A stretch of DNA of 35,373 bases, taken from contig JBHHVD010000027.1 of assembly GCA_046754105.1 (NCBI GenBank), positions 1 to 35,373 of the forward strand, written 5' to 3'. A program made the position numbers and the translations under genes. Below are positions 19,760 through 29,786 of the stretch, piece after piece. Below the pieces are notes generated by a model. The model saw only the letters and a list, made by a program, of their open reading frames with translations. It had not been told where the DNA came from and ran no database searches. This stretch comes from Candidatus Krumholzibacteriia bacterium. Lineage in GTDB: Bacteria; Krumholzibacteriota; Krumholzibacteriia; WVZY01. Each line of letters opens with the position of its first letter. The stretch's first letter is position 1.

Positions 19760-21039
19760 AACGCGCTCGTTTGCGAAAGCCGGTATTCACCCAGACCGAA
19801 TCGATCGTAGAAGACGAAGGTCCGGTTGCCGGTATAGTATCTCCAGATCAAGTAGCTGCCCTGCAGATACGGATCCGACCTCGTTTCGATCTCGTCGGGC
19901 TCGCCGTGCTCGATGTAGATCCGGCCCCGGTCGCTGCTCCAGCCCGGACCAGCCATCGAAAAGTGCTCCTCTACGTAACCGAGCCGCCGGAAATGCTCGA
20001 TGAGCGCCTCGTTCTCCTCCGTTCCCGGTGTTGGGTCGCGCCGTTGCCAGAACTCGAGCCAGAGCGTGCCGCGTTCGCCCTCGGGGGCGTTCTTCAACTC
20101 CTCGATCTCGTCGCGTTCGCCGATGAGCGAGAGCACTTCCAGCGTTCGGTCGAAATAACGTGTCAACATCGACCGGGTAAATCCCAGGTCGAAGGAAAGA
20201 TGCGAGGTAGTGGCGCGTGGTGGATCGGCAAGGGCAACCTTCACGTGAAAGCTGTATGGGCCGGGCTCCCAATCGTCCACGTTCACCGGAATGACGAACC
20301 GGTCCGTCGATCCTGACAGCTTGACCGTTGCCCTGCCGTAGAGAACCTGCGACTTCGCCCGGTTCGTAACCTCGTAGGTCACCTGGCACGGCACCGAATC
20401 GCCGAACTCCTGCTGCAGGAAGACGTCGAACTCGAAGGCCGGCCGCGTGTGCAGGTCGGCAAACGTCGGGGATTCCTTGGGCCGAAGATCGCTGCCCTCG
20501 CGAGACCGTACCAGCACATCCCCCTTGTGGGAGCCGTCGATCGGCGCGGCGTAGAGCCGGGGTCTGCCGAGCCCCACACCCGCCTCCGCCACGTTGGGCA
20601 CGGTGACCTGGGCCTGCTTGCTGTACAAGAGGTGCGTGTCCTTGATCTGTGCCGTGCACTCCACGATATAGTCGCCGGGGGGAAGCTGGAATCGGCGTGA
20701 CAGGTTGGACGTGCGCTTGTGCGAGCGCGTTTGCTGGTAGTCCTCGACGACGACGGTCTCGTTCTCCACCGCGGTGTCCAGGAGTTTTTTCCCCCCGGCG
20801 CTGATAATGCGGATGTATACCCGGTACGAGGCCTGGTAGACGCCTTCCGTACGTAAGAAAACAAGCTCGGAATGCGGGATGCTGGTGCTGACCTTAACGG
20901 AGGGGGCGCGGTCGGCCCCCACCAGCGAACGGGCGTAGATGGAAAACGCCGCCGATTCGGACGGCAGTAGTGCCACCCCCGTGACCAGCGCGAATACGGC
21001 CACGAGGCGGCGGGGGAAGTGTCGATCGGTACGGTGCAT
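19756..21039 (-). CDS. GWxTD-domain protein (signal peptide, beta-rich N-terminal domains)
   Basis: FWQRRDPTPGTEENE...RLGYVEEHF...GWSSDRGRIYIEHGEPDEI...IWRY...FVFYD..GLGEYRL. Confidence 0.88.
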   Translation of the reverse strand: MHRTDRHFPRRLVAVFALVTGVALLPSESAAFSIYARSLVGADRAPSVKVSTSIPHSELVFLRTEGVYQASYRVYIRIISAGGKKLLDTAVENETVVVEDYQQTRSHKRTSNLSRRFQLPPGDYIVECTAQIKDTHLLYSKQAQVTVPNVAEAGVGLGRPRLYAAPIDGSHKGDVLVRSREGSDLRPKESPTFADLHTRPAFEFDVFLQQEFGDSVPCQVTYEVTNRAKSQVLYGRATVKLSGSTDRFVIPVNVDDWEPGPYSFHVKVALADPPRATTSHLSFDLGFTRSMLTRYFDRTLEVLSLIGERDEIEELKNAPEGERGTLWLEFWQRRDPTPGTEENEALIEHFRRLGYVEEHFSMAGPGWSSDRGRIYIEHGEPDEIETRSDPYLQGSYLIWRYYTGNRTFVFYDRFGLGEYRLSQTSAF

Positions 21040-21156
21040 GGAGCGTCACCCGACTGGTAATTCTTCCTTGATCCGTCAGAAACGACGGGGCTGGGCCGGC
21101 TCCTGACGCACCAAGGCTAGTATACAGGCGGGCGGACGGGCAAGACCTATCCCGGG

Positions 21157-22410
21157 CTATTCGTAACGCAGCGCGTCGACGGGGTTGAGGCGGGCCGCCC
21201 TCCGGGCCGGATAAATCCCGAATATGATGCCGATGAGGGCGGAAAACGCCACGGCGGCGATCGTCCAGCCGGGCGAGAACCGGAAGGGGAAATGGATCTG
21301 GCTCGAAATCAAAAGCGCGGCACCGATGCCAAGAACCGTACCGACGACGCCGCCAAGACCGGTCAACGTCGCGGACTCCATCAGGAACTGCTGGATAATG
21401 TCCTTCTTGTTCGCCCCCAGCGCCATGCGGATACCGATCTCCCTCGTCCGCTCGGCGACGGATATCAGCATAATGTTCATCACGCCGATCCCGCCGACCA
21501 CGAGCCCGATGGAGGCAATGACGACGAGAATCGCGCTGATCGCCAGGGTGACGCCGCCGACGATTTCCAGAAACGCCGTGCTCGTCGTCACGTGAAAATT
21601 GTTCTCCTCCCCGGGCCGCACGTGCCGGCGCCTGCGCATCACGTTGGTGATCTGCCCCTCGGCCTCGTCGAGCGTGAACCCTTCTTTGACGTTCGCCGCG
21701 ATCGACGTGTCATCCTGATCGCGCTGGAAGTCTTTGTGGTACGACGTGTAAGGTATCAGCGCGAAGTTGTTGGAAATCGACCCGATGAAATGTTCGCGGT
21801 TGGCGAAAGTCCCGACGACGCGGTAGCGGTGCCCCATTATGTCGACGTATTTTCCGATCGGGTTCTCGTTCGGAAACAGGTCCTGTGCCGGCCCGTAACC
21901 GAGCACGACCACACGCTCGCGGTGCAACTCTTCGAGGCCCGTGTAGGACCTCCCGTGCTCTATCGGAAGGGAGAATATCTCGGGAAAGGTGAATCCGGAC
22001 CCGTCTAGCTCGAGGGGTGCGGTGTGTTCACCCTTGTTGTAGATCACGACCGGATCGGAATAGGTGATAAAGTAGCATACCTTGTCCAGCACGTCGCATT
22101 CCCCGGCCAGGGCGTTGGCATCGGCGGGCTCGAGCTTCTTGCGGCGCAGCAGTTCGTCGTCATCCTGCCCGGAAACGAAGAAATCAAAGCGCGTGACGAA
22201 GAGGTACGGACGGCTCGCCGATTCGAGATCGTCGTTGATCTTCCCGACAAGCCCCGACATCACGGTCACCATCGCCAGGATCGTCATGATCCCGATGGCG
22301 ACGCCGAGGATCAGGAGGCTCGAACGCATGCGATGCGCCCGGATGATCGACAGCGCCTGCGCGAGGTTCTCCCGCCACAGGTTCTTGCTGGACACCCGTT
22401 GTTTGCTCAC
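21157..22410 (-). CDS. MacB/FtsX-family ABC permease
   Basis: RSSLLILGVAIG, GGIGVMNIMLISVAERTREIGIRMALGA, PVDALRYE. Confidence 0.93.
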   Translation of the reverse strand: MSKQRVSSKNLWRENLAQALSIIRAHRMRSSLLILGVAIGIMTILAMVTVMSGLVGKINDDLESASRPYLFVTRFDFFVSGQDDDELLRRKKLEPADANALAGECDVLDKVCYFITYSDPVVIYNKGEHTAPLELDGSGFTFPEIFSLPIEHGRSYTGLEELHRERVVVLGYGPAQDLFPNENPIGKYVDIMGHRYRVVGTFANREHFIGSISNNFALIPYTSYHKDFQRDQDDTSIAANVKEGFTLDEAEGQITNVMRRRRHVRPGEENNFHVTTSTAFLEIVGGVTLAISAILVVIASIGLVVGGIGVMNIMLISVAERTREIGIRMALGANKKDIIQQFLMESATLTGLGGVVGTVLGIGAALLISSQIHFPFRFSPGWTIAAVAFSALIGIIFGIYPARRAARLNPVDALRYE

Positions 22411-22539
22411 ATCATCTCCCGTCTTTCACCGTTGGACGCTTTGCCCGCCCGCCGGCGTTTTTCCCGCAGCGTCCCCACTCCGTGCGACTTGCGCCGTGGT
22501 GCTTCTTCCAATCGGCGCAGCACGGGACCGACTCGCTTG

Positions 22540-23775
22540 CTAACGCTCGTGGCGCAGGGCCTCGACCGGGTCGAGCGTGGACGCGCGTACCGCCGGGTAC
22601 GTCCCGAAAATCAGCCCGACGGCGATGGTTACCGTGAACGCCATTATGACGATGCCGCTGTCGATCGAGTACGGGATCGGCGTCAAAACGGACACGCACA
22701 GCGCGATCAGGAAGCCGATGAGCATGCCGAAGAGCCCGCCGAAGAGCGACAGCGTCGACGACTCCACGAGAAACTGCCACACGATATCCCTGCGCCGCGC
22801 TCCGAGTGCCTTGCGAATCCCGATTTCGTTCGTCCGTTCGGTGACCGCCACGAGCATCGTGTTCATCAACACGATTCCTCCCACAATCAAAGATATGCTC
22901 ACCAGCACGTAAAGCGCCAGCATGATACCTCCGCTGATCTGTTTCCAGAGATTCACCAGCTGTTCGCTCGACGACAGGTGAAAGTCATCTTCCTGGCCGG
23001 GGCGCAGGTGGTGGCGCGTTCGCATGGCCAGGCGCGCTTCCTCCATCGCCTCCGGCAAATCGCCGACGTCGGCGGTCTTGACGCGAATATCGATCGACTG
23101 TTCGGCACCGAACACCTTTTGATAGGCCCCGATGGGAACGATGACGAACCGGTCCTGGCTCCGGCCGAGGACGGACCCCTTTTTCTTGGCCACGCCGATG
23201 ATCTGGAAATGCCGCCGCCCGAGCTTGATCAGAAGGCCCAGCGGGTCTCTCGGCGCGACGAGACCCGTGTAAACTTCCCACCCCACGACGGCCGCGGACG
23301 CGTTGGTGGCAACATCGATGCGGTTGAGATGGCGGCCGGCGGATATCTCGATATTGTCGAGGAAGGGATAGTACTCGTCCTGTCCTTTGACCTGGATACC
23401 CCGCAACGTCTTGCTGCCAAAGCCCACCTCGATACTCCCCGACACGGAAGTACTGACGTGTTGGGGCAACTCCAGTTCTCCGCGCAGCGCGGTCGCGTCC
23501 AGCCGTCGAATCGGCGGGTTATGGCGGATCGCTTTCAAAAACCGGTCGAAATCCGTGATCGCGTCGAGGCCATTGAACCTCTGTATCTTGAAGACGTTGC
23601 TCCCTTCCTCCGCGACCTTTTCACGGGCGTAGCGATCGATACCTCTCAGCAGAGAAGCAACGGCAATGACCGACATGATACCGACGATGTTGCCAAGCAA
23701 CGTGAGGAAAGTACGGAGTTTGTTGCCGGCGAGCGCGGAGGCGGCGATCCTTATGCCCTCGATGATGAGCCGCAT
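22540..23775 (-). CDS. MacB/FtsX-family ABC permease
   Basis: NKLRTFLTLLG, GGIVLMNTMLVAVTERTNEIGIRKALGA, PVEALRHE. Confidence 0.93.
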   Translation of the reverse strand: MRLIIEGIRIAASALAGNKLRTFLTLLGNIVGIMSVIAVASLLRGIDRYAREKVAEEGSNVFKIQRFNGLDAITDFDRFLKAIRHNPPIRRLDATALRGELELPQHVSTSVSGSIEVGFGSKTLRGIQVKGQDEYYPFLDNIEISAGRHLNRIDVATNASAAVVGWEVYTGLVAPRDPLGLLIKLGRRHFQIIGVAKKKGSVLGRSQDRFVIVPIGAYQKVFGAEQSIDIRVKTADVGDLPEAMEEARLAMRTRHHLRPGQEDDFHLSSSEQLVNLWKQISGGIMLALYVLVSISLIVGGIVLMNTMLVAVTERTNEIGIRKALGARRRDIVWQFLVESSTLSLFGGLFGMLIGFLIALCVSVLTPIPYSIDSGIVIMAFTVTIAVGLIFGTYPAVRASTLDPVEALRHER

Positions 23776-23778
23776 GGG

Positions 23779-25002
23779 TCATTCGTCCGACGGCGATTCC
23801 GTCTCCGTCTTTACCGGGTCTCCTGGTTTCAAATCGTTGATCGCCTTGAACGGCCCGCTGACGACGAGGGCACCCTCCTCGAGCCCCTTCGTTACTTCGA
23901 AGTGGTTGCTGCCAGCGATGCCGACGATCACGGGACGGTACACGGCGGCACCGGACTCCACTACGAAGACCCCCTCGACGTCCGCGTCTTCTTCGCCGCT
24001 TTCACCGACGGAATCATCCTCCTCTTCGAACTCGCTTCTTTTCCTGACCGTCAAACACTGGATCGGTATCGAAAGCGCGTCGGGAGCTTCTGCGACCCGT
24101 ATCTTGGCGCTCGCCGACAACCCCGGCCGCACGTTCGGGATGCGGTCCGTCAGCGTCACCACGACCTTGAAATCCACGGATGATTGTCCCAAACCCACCT
24201 GCGTGCGAATGGCGCTGTTTCCAACCTCCGTGACGGTGCCGGCAAAGGAGCTGTCCGGGTACGCATCGAGCGTGATTATGGCTTCCTGCCCGACCTTCAC
24301 GTACACGACCTCCGTCTCGTCGACTTCCACCTCCGTCTCGATTTCCGACAGATCGGCGACCGTTAGCAGCACGGTTCCAGGATTGTTCAACGTGCCCATT
24401 ATGGCGTTTTCCCCTTCCTCCACGTTGAGCGCTGTTATCACACCGGAGATGTCGGCGGTTATCCGCACCTGCTTGAGGTCGTGTGCCGCCTTGCGAAGGT
24501 TGGCTTCGTGCTGTGACAACAACTCCTGGGCCGACTTGTGCTTCGCACGCGCGATGTCCACGTTGAGACGCGCGGTCCTCAACTCCTCCTCCGACACGAC
24601 TTCCTGTTCGCGCAGGGTCGCAACCCGCTCGAGATCGTATTCGGATTTCTTCAGGTTCGCCCATTCCATCTCGACCGTGGCGCTTGCGGAGCGTATCGAT
24701 GCTTCCAACCGGTCGAACATCGACTGGTACTCCGTCGGGTCGATCTGCAGCAGGAAGTCCCCTTTCTCGACGTAATCGCCTTCCTTAACGGCAAGTCTGG
24801 TGACCTTGCCGATCGACGAGGCACTCACGTCGACCTGGCGCGTGGGCTGTATGCGCCCGGAGGCTGTAATGTATTTAATGATATCTCGTTTCGTCACCTC
24901 GGTAACACGCACTTCGACCCGGGAACCTTCTTTTCTCAGGTTCAACACGACCAGGAGCCCGATCACGGCGATGACGGCAATAATGATCAGACCTTTTTTC
25001 AC
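23779..25002 (-). CDS. Periplasmic adaptor (MacA/HlyD-like)
   Basis: N-terminal TM segment, lipoyl-like [17 protein letters not shown], alpha-hairpin, VDETEV, RPGLSA. GTG 25002 has a GGGAGGG SD. Confidence 0.92.
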   Translation of the reverse strand: MKKGLIIIAVIAVIGLLVVLNLRKEGSRVEVRVTEVTKRDIIKYITASGRIQPTRQVDVSASSIGKVTRLAVKEGDYVEKGDFLLQIDPTEYQSMFDRLEASIRSASATVEMEWANLKKSEYDLERVATLREQEVVSEEELRTARLNVDIARAKHKSAQELLSQHEANLRKAAHDLKQVRITADISGVITALNVEEGENAIMGTLNNPGTVLLTVADLSEIETEVEVDETEVVYVKVGQEAIITLDAYPDSSFAGTVTEVGNSAIRTQVGLGQSSVDFKVVVTLTDRIPNVRPGLSASAKIRVAEAPDALSIPIQCLTVRKRSEFEEEDDSVGESGEEDADVEGVFVVESGAAVYRPVIVGIAGSNHFEVTKGLEEGALVVSGPFKAINDLKPGDPVKTETESPSDE

Positions 25003-25015
25003 GTATCCCTCCCGA

Positions 25016-25705
25016 TTATGACGCGCTCGCAAGCGGCGCGTCGGATTCTACCTTGCCATCACGCAGGCGTACAATTCGCTTGCTGTATTTCGAGATCTCA
25101 TCCTCGTGCGTGACGACGATGATCGTATTTCCCTCGTCGTGGAGCCGAGTCAATACGTCCATGATCTCGGTGCTGGTCTTGCTGTCTAGGTTTCCCGTCG
25201 GTTCGTCGGCGAGAATGATGGACGGATGGTTGACCAGCGCCCGAGCGATGGCGACACGCTGCCTCTGCCCGCCCGAAAGCTCGTTGGGCCGGTGGTGGGC
25301 GCGGTCTTCCAGGCCGACGGACCGAAGCGCTTCCCAGACCCGTTCGCGCCGTTCGCCGCTGCCCAAGCCGCCGTATATCAGCGGCAGCTCGACGTTGTGA
25401 AACGCGTTCGAGCGCGGCAGGAGGTTGAACGTCTGAAAGACGAACCCGATTTCCTTGTTGCGGATGTGGGCCAGCTCGCTGTCCTGGAGACGGGTTACGT
25501 CGCTGCCGTTCAACTCGTAGGTGCCCGACGTGGGCGTGTCGAGACAGCCGATTATGTTCATAAAGGTGGTCTTGCCCGAGCCCGACGGGCCCATCAGCGC
25601 CAGGTAGTCGTTGGCGCCGACCTCGAGATCGACGCCGTCGACCGCACGAATAGTCTGGCTGCCCATGTCGAAGAACTTACAAATGGCCCGCATACGTATG
25701 AGCAT
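25016..25705 (-). CDS. ABC ATPase (MacB/LolD-type NBD)
   Basis: [37 protein letters not shown]. Confidence 0.96.
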   Translation of the reverse strand: MLIRMRAICKFFDMGSQTIRAVDGVDLEVGANDYLALMGPSGSGKTTFMNIIGCLDTPTSGTYELNGSDVTRLQDSELAHIRNKEIGFVFQTFNLLPRSNAFHNVELPLIYGGLGSGERRERVWEALRSVGLEDRAHHRPNELSGGQRQRVAIARALVNHPSIILADEPTGNLDSKTSTEIMDVLTRLHDEGNTIIVVTHEDEISKYSKRIVRLRDGKVESDAPLASAS

Positions 25706-25753
25706 ACTGTCGACGAATGCCGCGCATCAACTCACGTGCCGCGGGCTTTGTGG

Positions 25754-27088
25754 TTAGTCGGTGGTCACCGGGCGACCCGTCGCCCGGAGCAAATCGGCTT
25801 TCGAGATCAGGTAGTCGATCTGCGCCTCGATCAACGATGACCGGGCCTCGGTCAGCGAGACACCGGCCTCGATGGTCTCGAGAATGGTCCCCGCGCCGAC
25901 GCGATACCGCTCCTCCGCCAGCCGCAGGTTTTCCTTCGCCTGGGCGACCGTCTCCCCGGATACCCTCATCCGTTCGTCCGCTTCCTCCAGCCCCAGGATG
26001 ATAGTCTTCGCCTCCAGGATGGCGTCCAGCTTGGCCTGCTGGAGGTTGTATTCGGCGATGCGTCCCTGGGCGTCGGCGTTGAGTATCGCCGACTTGGTGG
26101 CGAAGCGGTCGAAGAGATTATAATCCACCACGACGCCGACATTCCACGAATAATCGTTCTTGAAGAAATTTGAATTATCGGGGTATTGACGATCATTCCA
26201 GCTGTATGACATCGTGGCCGCGAGCGTCGGCCAGCGCCCGTTTCGCGCCGCTGTAATGCTGGATCCGGCCGCCTTGACTCGCCGGCGGCTGGCCAGCAGG
26301 TCCGAACGGTGCTCGAGCATGTAGGCTACCTCGGCGTCGAAGTCGGGAGCGACCTTGCGGATCTCGATCTCGTCTGACACGTCGAACTCGCGGTCCAGAC
26401 CGAAATTCAGCCTCGACGCCAGGGTCGCTCGCGCGATTTCTTCGTTGTTCTCCGCCGTGATGAGCGTCAGCTGCGTGTTACCCAGGCGGACCTTGGCCTG
26501 CAGGACGTCGGCCCGGGTATTGGATCCAATTCGGAAAAATGCTTCCACCTGCTCGAGGTTACGCTGTGCCGCCGCCACGCTTTCTCGCTGAACAACTGAG
26601 AGGTTTCTCGTCTTGACGTAGTTGTAATACTCGCGGATGACGAGGGCGGTCACGATGTCGCCCTGGTAGGCCAGATCGAATTCGGCTGCTTCCGCCGACC
26701 GTTTCGCGCTGTTGAGTGACTTTACGTTTACACCCCAGTCGAAGAGGTTGAGGTTGGAGCTTACCGAGAACGAATATGACTCGAAGTCAAACCCCGCGGC
26801 ATCGATCGGACGCCCCTGCGTATCGAAGGCGACCGAAGCCGAGGGCCCGATGAACGTGCGCCCGGCGTACGTGCTCACCGACGCGTTGGGCAGAAAGCGC
26901 CCGAGGTTATTGAGAACATTCTGGCGCGCCGACTGGAGCTGCTCCCTGGAGACACCGACGATCGTCGAGTTATCTTTGGCGACCCGCACCGCTTCCTCGA
27001 GCGACAATACGCCCTCCTGGGCGGATGCCGACGACGAGCAAATCAAAACACCTGCAACGAGCGAGAGATAGAAGAAGCCGCGTTTCAT
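25754..27088 (-). CDS. TolC-family outer-membrane efflux protein
   Basis: Signal peptide, two OEP repeats, ERYRVGAGTILE, LLRATG ending. Confidence 0.93.
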   Translation of the reverse strand: MKRGFFYLSLVAGVLICSSSASAQEGVLSLEEAVRVAKDNSTIVGVSREQLQSARQNVLNNLGRFLPNASVSTYAGRTFIGPSASVAFDTQGRPIDAAGFDFESYSFSVSSNLNLFDWGVNVKSLNSAKRSAEAAEFDLAYQGDIVTALVIREYYNYVKTRNLSVVQRESVAAAQRNLEQVEAFFRIGSNTRADVLQAKVRLGNTQLTLITAENNEEIARATLASRLNFGLDREFDVSDEIEIRKVAPDFDAEVAYMLEHRSDLLASRRRVKAAGSSITAARNGRWPTLAATMSYSWNDRQYPDNSNFFKNDYSWNVGVVVDYNLFDRFATKSAILNADAQGRIAEYNLQQAKLDAILEAKTIILGLEEADERMRVSGETVAQAKENLRLAEERYRVGAGTILETIEAGVSLTEARSSLIEAQIDYLISKADLLRATGRPVTTD

Positions 27089-27253
27089 AACCTCACCTTC
27101 CAGAGACTTGGTTTAGGGGGATTGCCAGATGGCCACAGAGGAAATTACGAAAAGTCCCGCTAGCAGGTTGCAATTATAGGCCTTCCGGACGCGGATTGGG
27201 AGTAAAATATGAACCGTCAGGAGGGATACGGAGCGGGCGCCCCGCCTAGGGGC

Positions 27254-27883
27254 CTAATTCAGCCTGAAGATGAACGGAATCATGACGTGGGCCTTGACCG
27301 GCGTCGTGCGCTGTTTGGCGGGGCTGAAGCGGCACTTCCGTGCCGCCCTCAGGGCGGCTTTGACCAAGGCAACGGTGACGTCGGAGCTGATCAGCTCGGC
27401 GGTCATGACCTTGCCGTCTTCGGCCACTAGGACCTTGACGCGCACCGTGCCCTCGATTCCAGCCTCGCGGGCCAGATCCGGGTAGACGGGCACCTCGAAG
27501 TGGGTCAGCATCGGTGGCTCGTCAAACGCCAGGAAGACGCCCCCTCCACCTCCACCGGGCGGGGGCGGCGGCGGCAGGTCGTCGAAATCGTCGAACGTCG
27601 TCTCGGGTAGATCTTCGGACTCATCCGCCTCGTCGTCCGCCGCTTCCACGGGCACCTGGGGCATCGCCACTTCTTTCGGCGGCGGCGGGATCTCGATATT
27701 GTCCGGAATGTCGATGACTTCGAACTGCTCTTCGTTCAGGCGGTAGGGCTTGAACGTGAACGGCGGCGAGAGCACGAACAAGAGGACGTGAAAGGCGACC
27801 GCCCCGTAAAGGGCGTTGCGCATGTACTTGGAGTACTTCCCCTTAAATGCCTTGTTTGCGCTTGCTGGTACCGCGATGGCCAC
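27254..27883 (-). CDS. tonB: Energy transducer TonB
   Basis: TM segment with His (AVAFHVLL), Pro/acidic linker, TonB_C domain PVYPDLAREAGIEGTVRVKVLV...FSPAKQ. Confidence 0.9.
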   Translation of the reverse strand: MAIAVPASANKAFKGKYSKYMRNALYGAVAFHVLLFVLSPPFTFKPYRLNEEQFEVIDIPDNIEIPPPPKEVAMPQVPVEAADDEADESEDLPETTFDDFDDLPPPPPPGGGGGGVFLAFDEPPMLTHFEVPVYPDLAREAGIEGTVRVKVLVAEDGKVMTAELISSDVTVALVKAALRAARKCRFSPAKQRTTPVKAHVMIPFIFRLN

Positions 27884-27885
27884 CG

Positions 27886-28299
27886 TTAGCCTCCGGTCTT
27901 TTCAGGGTCCGCCGTGAAGGACACCCTGACCGCGTTCGCGTTCTTGAGCTCTTCCATCACGTCGGACACGATTCCGTTCGGCGTTCTCTGGTCCGCGTTG
28001 AACGCCACGATGAGCAGCGGGTTCTCGCTCAGCGAGTTGGTCATGATATCCGCTATCTGCGGCACTTCGACGATCTTGTCCTGGATCGAGATATTGCCGA
28101 TCGCATCGATCCACACCCGCATGATGCGCTCGCGTTTCTGCTTGGCCGCCGTCTCCGCTCGCGGCAACGTGATCGTCAGCCCATCTTCCATCTTAAAAAT
28201 AGTGGTCACCATGAAGAAAATCAACAGCAGGAACGCGATATCCGCCATCGACGACGTCGGCACGTTGTTCTCGATTTTGGAGTCTCGTTTGAATCTCAT
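27886..28299 (-). CDS. exbD: ExbD/TolR-family protein
   Basis: SSMADIAFLLLIFFMVTT with the conserved TM Asp; ADQRTPNGIVSDVMEEL. Confidence 0.92.
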   Translation of the reverse strand: MRFKRDSKIENNVPTSSMADIAFLLLIFFMVTTIFKMEDGLTITLPRAETAAKQKRERIMRVWIDAIGNISIQDKIVEVPQIADIMTNSLSENPLLIVAFNADQRTPNGIVSDVMEELKNANAVRVSFTADPEKTGG

Positions 28300-28311
28300 G
28301 ACGTACCGTCC

Positions 28312-28716
28312 CTAGATTCTCATTGTCTTCAACGATATTCTGCGCGCGTTCGCCAGCCTCAGCTCGTCGAGAATATCCACCATGAGCCCGTACTCGCTAT
28401 CCGGGTGGGTTTCGATGACCACGATGAGCTTGGCGTTCTCGGCGAGCCTTCGCTCGATCCGCGGCCGCACGCCGGTGAGGCTGACCTGCTCATCGTCCAC
28501 CGTTATGGCACCGTTGGCGTGTGCTTGCACCACGAGGATGTTCTTGCGTTTCACCTTGACGTTGGTCGATTGCTTCCCCGGCAGCACCAGAGGGATGCCT
28601 TCTTCCAGCGCAAAGATCGTGGTTACGAGAAAAAAGATCAGCAGCAGAAACGCGATGTCGGACATCGACGCCGCCGAGACCTCTTGCGACACCCGGTTTC
28701 GTCCCCGGTGCTTCAT
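28312..28716 (-). CDS. exbD: ExbD/TolR-family protein (second paralog)
   Basis: SMSDIAFLLLIFFLVTT; YGLMVDILDEL. Confidence 0.92.
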   Translation of the reverse strand: MKHRGRNRVSQEVSAASMSDIAFLLLIFFLVTTIFALEEGIPLVLPGKQSTNVKVKRKNILVVQAHANGAITVDDEQVSLTGVRPRIERRLAENAKLIVVIETHPDSEYGLMVDILDELRLANARRISLKTMRI

Positions 28717-28719
28717 ATG

Positions 28720-29589
28720 TTACTCGCTCCTGGCTTCGATCTCGACCAGTTCGTTGACCAACTCCGCGCTCGCCTCTTCCATTTCCGTTATGAAACGGTC
28801 GATCTGCGATACGAAATAGTTGTGCATGATATTCATTGGAATGGCGACAATCAGTCCGGTCGCCGTGGTTATGAGCGCCTCCTGGATACCCTTGGCCACC
28901 AGTTTGGCGCTGACTTGCTCGGCCTGAGCGATGGCGGCGAAGGCGCTGATCATACCGGACACCGTTCCGAGAAACCCCAGCAACGGCGCGACGTTCCCCA
29001 CCGTCGCGATGGCAACCAGTCCCCGCTCGAGAAAAGACATCTCGATGGTGCCGGAGGTTTCGATCGCCTTCTCCACCGCGTCCGGGCCGTGCCGCGCCCG
29101 CAGGAGGCCGGAATGCAAAATCGCGGCGATCGGTCCTCTTGTCTTCTCGCACTCGGCGAGGGCGCCTTGCACCCCGCTCTGGCGCAGAGACCGGACGGTA
29201 CGTCCCATGAGATTGCGCACGTTGGTTCTCGCCCTCGAGAGGGTCCACAAACGTTCGATGATGAACACGAGACCGATGACGGAACACAGCAGGAGGGGGT
29301 GCATGAACAACCCGCCCTTGACATAGTTCTGCCCGATACCGCTCTGCTTCATCCGGTATACAAACCCGCTCTGCTCTTTCTTGATGATGGCCTGGATCTC
29401 GGTGGCGATCGCCACGGAGTCGTTTGGAGCCATTGCGAGTGAATCGGTGGCAGGAATGTCCGCGGTCGTGGGAGCCGCTTCCTCGACCGGAGCTTCCTCC
29501 TGAGCCGGTGCTGTCGTGCCGAAGGTCACGAGCAGCAGTATGAACGCAACCAACGCAAGCGTTCTTTTCACAAATAGACTCGTGTACAT
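28720..29589 (-). CDS. exbB: MotA/TolQ/ExbB proton channel with N-terminal signal peptide-like extension
   Basis: APLLGFLGTVSGMI, GIQEALITTATGLIVAIP. Confidence 0.93.
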   Translation of the reverse strand: MYTSLFVKRTLALVAFILLLVTFGTTAPAQEEAPVEEAAPTTADIPATDSLAMAPNDSVAIATEIQAIIKKEQSGFVYRMKQSGIGQNYVKGGLFMHPLLLCSVIGLVFIIERLWTLSRARTNVRNLMGRTVRSLRQSGVQGALAECEKTRGPIAAILHSGLLRARHGPDAVEKAIETSGTIEMSFLERGLVAIATVGNVAPLLGFLGTVSGMISAFAAIAQAEQVSAKLVAKGIQEALITTATGLIVAIPMNIMHNYFVSQIDRFITEMEEASAELVNELVEIEARSE

Positions 29590-29690
29590 CGCAAAGAACT
29601 CCTTTGCCAGAATAGGTGGATGTCGAGGGAGTGATTTTTGATGAATTGTCCCGCTAACGATAGACCCAACATGTAGTTAAGTATCCGTAG

Positions 29691-29719
29691 ACTATACGTG
29701 ACGTCGCTCGAAGTGTCAA
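29691..29719 (-). promoter_or_regulatory. Near-consensus sigma70 promoter for exbB-exbD-exbD-tonB
   Basis: TTGACA (29719-29714), 17-nt spacer, TATAGT (29696-29691). Confidence 0.75.
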
Positions 29720-29786
29720 TCAAAAATGGAGTTGGGTGGGGGCACGCCGGCTCGGTGGGGTATGCAGCTAACCTGATGATACTTCG

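Noticed and set aside
22024..24183. 719-aa plus-strand ORF
   Set aside because: Antisense to the permease and adaptor genes; Arg/His-rich shadow composition.
27173..27206. Perfect TATAAT upstream of tolC (minus strand)
   Set aside because: No acceptable -35 at 16-18 nt (TTTACT is 22 nt away). It may be real but is not supportable as a full promoter.
27847..29442. 531-aa plus-strand ORF
   Set aside because: Antisense shadow of exbB/exbD.
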